Assembly: GCA_029858305.1 (NCBI GenBank)
Contig: JAOUFI010000006.1
Span: 9,851 to 73,850, forward strand
Length of the DNA: 64,000 bases
Direction of reading: 5' to 3'
DNA from: Candidatus Thorarchaeota archaeon
GTDB lineage: Archaea; Asgardarchaeota; Thorarchaeia; Thorarchaeales; Thorarchaeaceae
Made by a program: the position numbers and the translations under genes. Below are positions 49,983 through 58,581 of the stretch, in pieces. The stretch's first letter is position 1, and each line of letters opens with the position of its first letter. The notes under the pieces are model-generated. The model ran no database searches. It was not told the DNA's origin and saw only the letters and a program-made list of their open reading frames with translations.

Positions 49983-49995
49983 GTGCGGAGGGCGA
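49983..49995 (-). repeat. 13-bp copy of the tRNA-Leu 3' end (att-like)
   Basis: GTGCGGAGGGCGA identical to 51893-51905. Confidence 0.6.
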
Positions 49996-50082
49996 TAATA
50001 ATGGAAAATTCACCCCAGATTGCTGCGCATCATCTGTAAAGATTTAATACAATTTGCTGGTTGAATTATCTCGAGGGTATTC

Positions 50083-51204
50083 GTGGAAATTTTAAAGTTA
50101 TTGAACAAAAAACTAATCGTAGTGAACATTGTCAAATTAGCTTTTGTCTTTCTTGTGCCAGTTCAATTCGATATTTCCACTGGAAGAGAAGGAATAAATT
50201 ATGGAATATCCAGTCAGAGTTATGCCATTCTGGCATTGATAGGACCTTCGTCATACTCAATATTCCGATGGATAATAGTACGATACCCTATATCGTTGAT
50301 TCTGGCTCTGATAGCATTAATCTTCACTATTAGGTTACATCAGCTCCAAGGAAAATCATATCCAATCAGATCTGCTTTTGTAGTAGGTCTTGTATTATCA
50401 ATTATCCCGATCTATTATTTCATCCAATTCTTCTTGGTGAGTGACCTGTACTGGCTTGATATCATGAGGACTGCACCAGTGTCAATTGGTTTTTGTAGTA
50501 GTCTATTTCTCATCTTTGTTGTTCTTCCTTCGATAAGCTGGTACTCTGATTCAGTATCTGCAGATAGGTCTATCCCGAAGAAAAAAGATGATCAAGAGGA
50601 TGGAGAAAAGAAAAGAACGATTCTTACTCCGAAGATGAGTAGTTACCTGATGTTTCTTGCTGCATTTCTTCTTCCAGGAACGATGATATTAGAAAGTTCT
50701 ATTTCAATCGATTATTCAAATCTGACTATTAGGCTCGGAGGATTTCTTCTGCAACTCAATTATGGTTTCTCTACAGAACTTTCTCGGCTGGGATTCGCGT
50801 ATACTCTTCAAAATATTGATAATTGGAACCTGTTCGGAGTTGCTATTGTTTGCTGTGCTGCAAGCCTTGTCTTTGCGTGGACCATCATGAGGTATGTTCA
50901 TGGTAAGGGTACTAAAAGAATTGCGATTTTGATTGGATTTCTTTCCGAAATACCTCCAATTCTATACACAATAAGCGAACTTGCATATGTTTCGGTCTGG
51001 CCAATTCTTCCACTTCCTGTGGTTCTCGTCATCGGTTTACTAGTATTGCGATTCGCCAAAGCAATTGAACCGAGTAGAAAAAGCACTGAACAAGATCAGT
51101 CTGAGATTAAGGTGCCTTTAGCATTTCGATTGAAATCCCGTTTCTTTGGACATATGAAGATTTCAGACAAACAGCTAGTAGAGAAAACAGGTGAAAGTGA
51201 CTAA
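50083..51204 (+). CDS. Multi-pass membrane protein (hypothetical)
   Basis: ~8 hydrophobic segments; two similar halves. Confidence 0.65.
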   Translation: MEILKLLNKKLIVVNIVKLAFVFLVPVQFDISTGREGINYGISSQSYAILALIGPSSYSIFRWIIVRYPISLILALIALIFTIRLHQLQGKSYPIRSAFVVGLVLSIIPIYYFIQFFLVSDLYWLDIMRTAPVSIGFCSSLFLIFVVLPSISWYSDSVSADRSIPKKKDDQEDGEKKRTILTPKMSSYLMFLAAFLLPGTMILESSISIDYSNLTIRLGGFLLQLNYGFSTELSRLGFAYTLQNIDNWNLFGVAIVCCAASLVFAWTIMRYVHGKGTKRIAILIGFLSEIPPILYTISELAYVSVWPILPLPVVLVIGLLVLRFAKAIEPSRKSTEQDQSEIKVPLAFRLKSRFFGHMKISDKQLVEKTGESD

Positions 51205-51381
51205 GAAACTTGAATACTTCAAGGTAACTACGAGTGTGAATAATATCTAGAAAGTTAACAGCTAAAATTGAGATATGCCACTAATATTGGTGCTGATGGC
51301 TAGATTTGACATCAGTCTTCATGGATTTCTCCTTGAAAGGATTGCTGATAGCAAGCGAAAAATCAATACGCTCGCTCCCAT

Positions 51382-51810
51382 ATGATATTCCATGGTGGTG
51401 TCGTTGAAGATGTGTCCAGCAACAGAGGGTGGGTTGATAGACACAGGAAGTTAGTTGCGTTAATTATCATCGTACTCGTCGGATCTGGACTGATTAATCT
51501 CATACTGCCTCGAGTAGTTCCGTTCCTTCCACTCCCATCGGAAAATCCCTCATACTCATTCACTGCCTGGATTGCGCCCGAAGATCAGGAATTCATACTA
51601 CATCTGGATTTCTATGGTTCTGAACAGGATGCTGAGAATAAAATCAATAGATACTTCGGATATGGAATACGGGTTGAACCTATGGACAATGAACGGAACG
51701 ATGGCTACTTTTACAATCTTCCTGAAAACCTATTGAGCGCGTGGGTGAAGATATACTTTGATGAGGACACTGAAGAACCCCGCCTTATCATCGATATTAG
51801 AATAGGATAA
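51382..51810 (+). CDS. Hypothetical protein with N-terminal TM (possibly frameshifted at the 3' end)
   Basis: TM helix LVALIIIVLVG followed by a soluble domain. Confidence 0.5.
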   Translation: MIFHGGVVEDVSSNRGWVDRHRKLVALIIIVLVGSGLINLILPRVVPFLPLPSENPSYSFTAWIAPEDQEFILHLDFYGSEQDAENKINRYFGYGIRVEPMDNERNDGYFYNLPENLLSAWVKIYFDEDTEEPRLIIDIRIG

Positions 51811-51890
51811 CAGTGATATTACAAGAGTGGGAGATCAGTATTCTCATCGGGCCGTGGTCTGGCGACGAAGGTTAGATCTGAGAAAAGAAA

Positions 51891-52008
51891 TGGTGCGGAG
51901 GGCGAGATGTGTTCCGACTCGGGGGAATCCCGATTCGCTTGAACTCGCGAACTCCTACAAGATAGGGATCTGAACCCTACGCCTTTGACCAGGCTTGGCA
52001 ACCTCCGC
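51891..52008 (-). tRNA. tRNA-Leu(CAG) with 30-nt intron in the T-loop (58/59), CCA encoded
   Basis: Acceptor GCGGAGG/CCTCCGC-ACCA, D arm GCCAAGCCTGGTCAAAGGC, anticodon arm TAGGG-TTCAGAT-CCCTA, long variable arm, T arm GCGAG-TTCAA[intron 51909-51938]AT-CTCGC. Confidence 0.92.
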
Positions 52009-52085
52009 GCATTTCGAACTTTTCTGTAAGTACCTTTTAACCATATCGAGCTTGCTTAATCATTAGTCAGATGTTAGAAAATAAT

Positions 52086-52844
52086 CTATTCAAGCATGTG
52101 TGACCGATAGGAGATGATCTGCTCCTGCAAGTAATTCCAATCACCGACAGTGTCAGCAAGTTCTTTTCGTCTGATTGCGTCCTTGGTTGGTCCATCATAG
52201 ATTATTCGTCCATCTTCAATCACTGCAACAGAGTCAGACCAGTTCTCAATGAAGAATCTGTCATGTGTAGTGAAGAGGATACTGATTCCCTCTTGACGAA
52301 GTTTCTGGATTATATCAATCATCGTGTGGACCATCTTGAAGTCCAATCCTGAGAATGGCTCGTCCAAAACAAGAATACTTGGCCTCATCGCGATGATCCC
52401 CGCAAGAGCAACTCGCTTTGCCTGACCATGACTTAGCTGATTAACAGGTCGATTTGTAAACTTCGACATCCCAACTCGATCTAGCGCCCACTCTACTCGC
52501 TCAGAAACCTCTTCTTCAGAAAGACCGAGATTTCGCGGACCAAACGCAACATCCTCCCAGACAGTAGGCGCAAAAAGCTGATCATCTGGATTCTGAAATA
52601 GGAAACCAACTTTCTGTCTGACTTCCCAGAGATTATCGCGTGTCACCTTCCTATCAAAGACGAAGATATCACCAGAAATGGGCTCTAAGAGTCCAAGAAT
52701 GAGTTTAAAGAGCGTAGTCTTACCAGACCCGTTCAACCCCACAATGGCTTTTTGCTCACCGACATGGAGGCTAAGTGAAACATCATCCATTTTGAATTCA
52801 TCATATTTAAAGAACAAGTGACTTATCTCAATAGCACAGGTCAT
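52086..52844 (-). CDS. cbiO: ECF-type Co/Ni transporter ATPase (CbiO/NikO)
   Basis: GLNGSGKTT, FQNPDDQLF..TV..DVAFGP, LS.GQ.KR, DEP. Confidence 0.9.
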   Translation of the reverse strand: MTCAIEISHLFFKYDEFKMDDVSLSLHVGEQKAIVGLNGSGKTTLFKLILGLLEPISGDIFVFDRKVTRDNLWEVRQKVGFLFQNPDDQLFAPTVWEDVAFGPRNLGLSEEEVSERVEWALDRVGMSKFTNRPVNQLSHGQAKRVALAGIIAMRPSILVLDEPFSGLDFKMVHTMIDIIQKLRQEGISILFTTHDRFFIENWSDSVAVIEDGRIIYDGPTKDAIRRKELADTVGDWNYLQEQIISYRSHMLE

Positions 52845-54598
52845 GGAAATATCACCTCAAGTAGTATTGAAAACATAAAGGGTAAGCTCACAATCAGAAA
52901 CACAACAAGAATTGGGAGAAAGACATCAGACTTCCTCAACCCAGCACCTGGAATTTTTGTTCCTTTGCTGAATCCCCGTAGGCTCATGGATTCATAGGCA
53001 GTTATACTTCTATCGAATGATCGATTGATGCTTGTTCCTACCAGATATCCAAGAGACCGAATTCTCTCAAACCTACGACCTCTGCTGAATCCTCGTAGCT
53101 TCTGAGCGTTGTGCATTCGAGAACGTTCTTCTATGAATAGGGGTACATATCGGAACATAATCAAGAGGGAACCAACAATGGAATTTGGTACTCTCAATGT
53201 ACGTAATGCTCCAGTGAACTCGCTTAATGTCATATGCGACAATGCAGTAAGAAGGGTTAGGAGTATAGCAAACATCCTTGATCCTAGAAGCAGACCTAGG
53301 TAAAGCCCCTCGGCATTGGCATTGAGAAATCCCCACGGAAGGTTAATTGTGAATATGACAGTTGAACCATAAATGAACGGTTCAAGGATAATCCAAAATA
53401 GAATAACCACTTCAAACTTCGTTGCGAGTGAGATAACATCACGCCACCTAGTTCCAGATAACCAGCCTGAGAGTATAATTAATCCAATGAGTATCAGAAT
53501 GGAGGAGAGGGTGGTTTGAAGAGAGATCACAACTGCAACTGCAATGCTTGAAAGCAATAAACCGGTTGACGAGAACAATCTCCTTTTTTGTTTGCCTTCG
53601 TCAAAGGGTATGAGAAACTTATCAGTATGTTCATGGTCATGTCCATAATGAGTGCTCTTCCTGAAAATTAGGTACGCGAGCCCAAGTACAGCGATGATTC
53701 CAACGGAACCAGTGAACGCATTGACAAACTGGTTCTCGCCTAGAAATGACCAGAGACCCTGAAATCCATTTTCGGGTTCTGGAATCCCGGCATACACGAA
53801 TAAAGCCCACTCAAACCCATCAGGACTCTGCGATGCTAGACCAATGAGGATTACAGACGTAATTACAATAATAGAGAATGCTAACACTGAAGCTACCTTT
53901 TTTATTGGATACCCAGGTTGGAGTTTATTGTCTTCTTGTTCTTCTACTTCCTCAGAATCGTCTTTCAGGAAGCTAATAAGGTGGGGATTAGCCTTCACGA
54001 AATATAGGAGTATGATAGATGTAAGAATGGCTTCTCCAAGGCCGATGATGATATGAACACCAGTTATCGCAGCTAAGGCTTCTATACCAAACCCGGGTAC
54101 TGTAAGAAGCTCTAGTCCAAGAACAAAGGCAGCAGAAGTTGTCACGATGAAAGCAGCAAAACCAGCTGAAAAAAAGACAGCTCTATCTGAGGTTGTCTTC
54201 CCACGTAGGAATTTGAAGAGAAGAAGGGCAATGCCATACCCAAGAAAGACGGAGAATGCACCCATATTGAACAGATTGAGACCATAGGTCAATATTCCTC
54301 CATCGCCATAGAGCACCTGGACAAAAAGCACTAGACCTATTATCAACATCCCGGCCCAAGGACCTACCATCACCGCAAGAAGAGTAGAACCGACCAGATG
54401 TCCACTGGAAAATGGAGGCACTGGGAAATTAACTAGTTGCGCTGCAAAGATGACTGCAGCAAGTACTCCTATGAATGGTATGAAGCGGTCATCGAATCTT
54501 GCTCTTATTTTCCTGTAGGATATTACCATCACAGTCCCACTCACGACTAGCAATAGGACCTGCAACCAAAGTGGTATGATTCCATCAGGAACGTGCAT
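52841..54598 (-). CDS. Fused Co/Ni ECF transporter CbiM/NikM + PDGLE (NikN-like) + CbiQ/NikQ
   Basis: N-terminal MHVPDG, SGHLVG, GDGG; central PDGFE; C-terminal RY..LF.EE..RM..A...RG, M..RGF. Confidence 0.88.
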   Translation of the reverse strand: MHVPDGIIPLWLQVLLLVVSGTVMVISYRKIRARFDDRFIPFIGVLAAVIFAAQLVNFPVPPFSSGHLVGSTLLAVMVGPWAGMLIIGLVLFVQVLYGDGGILTYGLNLFNMGAFSVFLGYGIALLLFKFLRGKTTSDRAVFFSAGFAAFIVTTSAAFVLGLELLTVPGFGIEALAAITGVHIIIGLGEAILTSIILLYFVKANPHLISFLKDDSEEVEEQEDNKLQPGYPIKKVASVLAFSIIVITSVILIGLASQSPDGFEWALFVYAGIPEPENGFQGLWSFLGENQFVNAFTGSVGIIAVLGLAYLIFRKSTHYGHDHEHTDKFLIPFDEGKQKRRLFSSTGLLLSSIAVAVVISLQTTLSSILILIGLIILSGWLSGTRWRDVISLATKFEVVILFWIILEPFIYGSTVIFTINLPWGFLNANAEGLYLGLLLGSRMFAILLTLLTALSHMTLSEFTGALRTLRVPNSIVGSLLIMFRYVPLFIEERSRMHNAQKLRGFSRGRRFERIRSLGYLVGTSINRSFDRSITAYESMSLRGFSKGTKIPGAGLRKSDVFLPILVVFLIVSLPFMFSILLEVIFP

Positions 54599-54638
54599 TC
54601 GTTAAACTCCAAGCAGAAATCCTTTTTACGAGTTATAT

Positions 54639-54666
54639 GTGTTACTTTTTGAGAAATCGTGTTACT
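54639..54666. promoter_or_regulatory. Candidate operator in the divergent nikR/cbiM intergenic region
   Basis: GTGTTACT at 54639 and 54659 (20-bp period). Confidence 0.3.
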
Positions 54667-54685
54667 ATCTCTGGTGGTTCGTGTC

Positions 54686-55120
54686 ATGGTTTTGAAAAGA
54701 TTTGGAGTGTCAGTACCTGAAGACCTCCTTGAAGAGTTTGATATGATAGTCGAAGAAAGAGGATATGTTGGTCGATCTGAGGCAATTCGAGATGCAATGA
54801 GGGCATATATCTCACAAAGCGAATGGGAAGCGGAGGGTCAAAAGTTAATGGCAACACTCAACATTGTATATACACACAAACCACGTTTGATGGAGGCGCT
54901 TGTGAAAGCTCAACATCACTCGGAAGCAAATGTTATTTCTACAGTACATGTTCATGTATCGCAATCGCATTGTTTGGAAGTCATAACTCTCACAGGTTCA
55001 AAGGAGTCGATCACGCAGTTTGCAAATAAGATCTCAGGAATCTCTGGAATTGAATATGTACGGCTGTTTGCATTCTCCCTTCCTGACGATGCAACGATAG
55101 TCCCTTCGCACACACACTGA
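54686..55120 (+). CDS. nikR: Nickel-responsive regulator NikR
   Basis: RFGVS.P..L...FD......GY..RSEAIRD RHH; QH, HVH....CLEV. Confidence 0.92.
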   Translation: MVLKRFGVSVPEDLLEEFDMIVEERGYVGRSEAIRDAMRAYISQSEWEAEGQKLMATLNIVYTHKPRLMEALVKAQHHSEANVISTVHVHVSQSHCLEVITLTGSKESITQFANKISGISGIEYVRLFAFSLPDDATIVPSHTH

Positions 55121-55154
55121 AAACAACTTAACATAGTATGTCTATGGCGATATC

Positions 55155-56267
55155 ATGATAGTAGCGGTCTCTGACCTTCATCTTGGGGATAAGGCTTCGA
55201 ACAAATCTGGATTTATCAACTTTATCGAAGGGTATCTGAAACCAAATGCAGAAGATATCACCCATCTATTCCTGCTGGGAGACATGCTCGACTTATGGAG
55301 GAAAAATAATTCAGCTGTCATCTCCAACAATCTCGATATTCTTGATTCTATAAGATCCCTGGGATTTCGTGTATTCTACCTTGTTGGAAATCATGATTTC
55401 ATCATGATTGATATGATTGGAAAATATCCTGGTTTTGTGCCATCCGCAACAACCGATGAAAATCTTGGAGATATCACTATCTGTACAACTCACCAAATGA
55501 CTGATGGAAACGAAAAGTTACGATTTATACATGGCCATCAAATCGATTATTGGTATGCGCTTCCATTCTACAAGGCATTTTGTAGAGCGATGTGTAATGT
55601 AGATGAGAACCAGAAAGCACTCGCAAACATCTGGGAGCTGGTACTCTTGTTTTCACAGGATATATCGCCTGTTGTTTATTCCAGAATTTCTCAGATGTCA
55701 AACGAAACTCGAAGGAAAATCGAGCTAAAATTAGCCGGACCACTTGAGGAGAGCAAAATGAGCAAAGAGGAGTCAACTCTTGTTGAACTTGACTTGTTAC
55801 GGCAATTCATCGAGATAGGACAACTTTGTCCGAGAACTTCAGATGCCAACTTGTTTGAATCAGTTAGAAAAGAAGTTCGGGCGCTATCAAATTCCTTTAG
55901 AAAATGGACCTCTGCACCAAAGAGCATAGAAGAAACTTATCAACTAGCATCATATGGAACTCCTGAAGAGATTGTAAGCCGCTTCATAATGACCTGGTCA
56001 GACAGTTATCGATGGTTTCTCGAATCTGAAAAGGAATTGGCGAAACTGGATAAAAGGGTACAACTTTTGCGCCACCTAAGGAGAATAGCTGCAATGCTCA
56101 CAGTCAATCTTCAGCCAGATGAATTTCTAATACATGGTCATGGACATGTGCCCTTTGTAGATCTAAAAACTAGAACTGCGGATACAGGGTGCTGGTTAAG
56201 AGATAAAGGATCATTCGTTTCAATTGAAGATGGCAAAGTTACAAGCATGCCTTGGTCAATAAAGTAG
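55155..56267 (+). CDS. Calcineurin-like metallophosphoesterase (LpxH-like) with large insertion
   Basis: SDLHLG, GD.LD.W, GNHD, HGH, GHGH.P, G.W. Confidence 0.82.
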   Translation: MIVAVSDLHLGDKASNKSGFINFIEGYLKPNAEDITHLFLLGDMLDLWRKNNSAVISNNLDILDSIRSLGFRVFYLVGNHDFIMIDMIGKYPGFVPSATTDENLGDITICTTHQMTDGNEKLRFIHGHQIDYWYALPFYKAFCRAMCNVDENQKALANIWELVLLFSQDISPVVYSRISQMSNETRRKIELKLAGPLEESKMSKEESTLVELDLLRQFIEIGQLCPRTSDANLFESVRKEVRALSNSFRKWTSAPKSIEETYQLASYGTPEEIVSRFIMTWSDSYRWFLESEKELAKLDKRVQLLRHLRRIAAMLTVNLQPDEFLIHGHGHVPFVDLKTRTADTGCWLRDKGSFVSIEDGKVTSMPWSIK

Positions 56268-56277
56268 AAGACTTGCG

Positions 56278-56586
56278 GTGATATCTGTTCTTTTTATCTG
56301 TATACTGCAAACATGGGAGGGGATATATTTGACAGATGATGATGTTGCTCCATTAGTATATACAATTCGATCTAAGATTTTTACTCGACGGTTCAATATA
56401 TGGATTGTTTCAATATTTGTGTTCACCATTCTGGCAGCTTCAACTCTGTCATATGCAGGATTCATACAAACGGATCCATTGACAGCAGCAGTCGATGGAT
56501 TCTTGGTTGCAATTTTCTATGTTGGATTCAGATTGTATAAAGCATACCGTGTGGTTAGATTACATTCAACGATGAAAACCGAGTGA
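56278..56586 (+). CDS. Small membrane protein (hypothetical)
   Basis: Two TM helices; start uncertain. Confidence 0.45.
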   Translation: MISVLFICILQTWEGIYLTDDDVAPLVYTIRSKIFTRRFNIWIVSIFVFTILAASTLSYAGFIQTDPLTAAVDGFLVAIFYVGFRLYKAYRVVRLHSTMKTE

Positions 56587-56955
56587 AAATTCTTCGACTC
56601 CTAGTCTAGGTTTTTAAGAATCAACAAGAATCTTGAAAGTAATGAATTGTATCTTACAATTTAGAATACCTATATTCTTATTTGTCATAATCATCCTCGA
56701 AAAGGATGACCATCACTGGACAACTTAAAAAAGCGTTGATCTTTATCCAGAATGTTGGTTGCTAGATCAAGCATCATTCATTACAATTGATGATGGAGCA
56801 GTTGGTTTTTCGAAATGGTCATGACCTTTAGATTTTGTTCATAATCTCATATTAGTCAAGAAACATATGTGGAGGATATACCCATCAGTCTTATTAGAGG
56901 GATATGAATAAAATTAGCTTCCACAACGCCCGTTGTGGTTTGGAGGAAAGAGCAC

Positions 56956-57309
56956 ATGTCAAGTAAGCCAATGGGGATCGTCATTCTGGCGGTCTTGCAG
57001 CTTCTATCTGCACTTGCATACCTAGCTTTAGGTTTGATGGTGCTGATTGCTTTGCTACCACTGGGCATCTTCGCCATATTTGGCGCGATTTTCTCACTGA
57101 TATTTGTGATAATCGGTATAATCGGACTCATCCTATTCTACGGTCTATGGAACACAAAGTCCTGGGCCTGGCTATGGACTCTGATTATCAATATCCTAGG
57201 TATCTTGGGAGGAATCATGGATCCCATTAACAACATCATATCGTTGGCCATTAGCATAATCATTGTGATTTACCTATTCATGCCAACGACAAGAGCTGCA
57301 TTCAAGTGA
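56956..57309 (+). CDS. Small 4-TM membrane protein
   Basis: KP.GI.ILA, GLW..K.WAW, YLF.P..RA.F pattern. Confidence 0.7.
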   Translation: MSSKPMGIVILAVLQLLSALAYLALGLMVLIALLPLGIFAIFGAIFSLIFVIIGIIGLILFYGLWNTKSWAWLWTLIINILGILGGIMDPINNIISLAISIIIVIYLFMPTTRAAFK

Positions 57310-57336
57310 GATAAGCAAAATCTCAATTGTAAGAAT

Positions 57337-57382
57337 AGAAGTCCTGAAGATTGATTATTCAGGGCTTCTTGTTTCTTTTTTT
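57337..57382 (+). terminator. Hairpin plus T-tract terminator
   Basis: AGAAGTCCTGAA-N9-TTCAGGGCTTCT followed by a T run. Confidence 0.55.
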
Positions 57383-57387
57383 CAAAG

Positions 57388-58380
57388 CTATCTTAGTAAG
57401 TCTATCATCTTTCCAAGATTTCTCTTCCTAGCCTCATCATAAACCATCTTCGCTGCTGCAATGTCTTGCGCTGAAATTCCAGTCGCATCGAAGACTGTAA
57501 TTTCATTCTCGTGTTCCCTACCAACTTTATCACTATTGAGAATCTCGCCAATCTCAGCATGAACATCCTCTTTGCAAATCAATCCTTGACTAATAGCGTG
57601 TTGAATCTCTCCAATACGAATACATTGTGATAAGCTATCAACAACAATCTTAGAAGCTCGTGTCATAATGAGAGGATCTAACTCTTGTTTTCCAGGTCCG
57701 TCAGCACCAATCGCATTGATGTGGAGACCTTCGTGGATTGCATTGACCGGGATGAGTGCTTTTCTTGAGGGTGTCGCTGTAACAAGAATGTCTACATCAG
57801 ATACAACCATCTCGGGTTTGTCAACTACGCTAATTTCAACAGAAAGAATCTCGCTCATTTCATCTGCATATCTTCTTGCCATGTTTGGTTCAATATCCCA
57901 TATCTTCGCATTTTGAATATCGAACAGCTCTTTGAGGGCTATGAGCTGCATACGACCCTGTGTTCCAGCTCCAAGAATACCTACCTGCGTTGAGTTTCTC
58001 CTTGCAAGAACACTAGCAGCTACAGCTCCAGCGGCTCCAGTTCTGTAGGCTGTTATGTGCGACCCATCCATGATAGCCAAAGGCATGCTAGTTTCCAAAT
58101 CTAGGAGAACAATGATTGCGATTCCAGGAGGCAATCCCTTCTTCCTGTTATCATAGAATCCAGAGGCGATTTTTGTTCCTATAAGCTTGAAATCCTCAAT
58201 AAATCCAGATTTTATATCAACCTCTCCATTGTATTTATGGACATCGAGGTGTTGGACAGCGGGCATCTGAACCCGACCTTTCGCATAGGCGGAATAAGCC
58301 ACCCGAACTGCACTAATGGCATCTTTCATGGATAGGCATTCATGCACTTCAGACCGGGATAAAAGTAGAATATCATCCAA
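57388..58380 (-). CDS. Ornithine cyclodeaminase/mu-crystallin family (archaeal alanine dehydrogenase-like)
   Basis: IT..RTGAAG, GAG.QG, TATPS, HINAIGAD..GKQE, FD.TG...QD. Confidence 0.9.
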   Translation of the reverse strand: MDDILLLSRSEVHECLSMKDAISAVRVAYSAYAKGRVQMPAVQHLDVHKYNGEVDIKSGFIEDFKLIGTKIASGFYDNRKKGLPPGIAIIVLLDLETSMPLAIMDGSHITAYRTGAAGAVAASVLARRNSTQVGILGAGTQGRMQLIALKELFDIQNAKIWDIEPNMARRYADEMSEILSVEISVVDKPEMVVSDVDILVTATPSRKALIPVNAIHEGLHINAIGADGPGKQELDPLIMTRASKIVVDSLSQCIRIGEIQHAISQGLICKEDVHAEIGEILNSDKVGREHENEITVFDATGISAQDIAAAKMVYDEARKRNLGKMIDLLR

Positions 58381-58581
58381 TAGAAGACACTTCCTTGATT
58401 CTCAAACCCTTCCTTCTGAACAACTAGTTCCCTCATGCCAACTCAATGATATAACTAATTCTTTGTAACTAATACAGGCATATTTTGCCTCCGATTTCAA
58501 GCACGTAGCAACTCGTGTCACATGAGGAGGACACAAAACTCTTTTCTCATGTGAGTCGAACCAAGAGATGGTGAGATATCT

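Noticed and set aside
56587-56934. AT-rich intergenic gap as possible ncRNA or pseudogene
   Set aside because: Only short weak inverted repeats; no supportable structure or ORF
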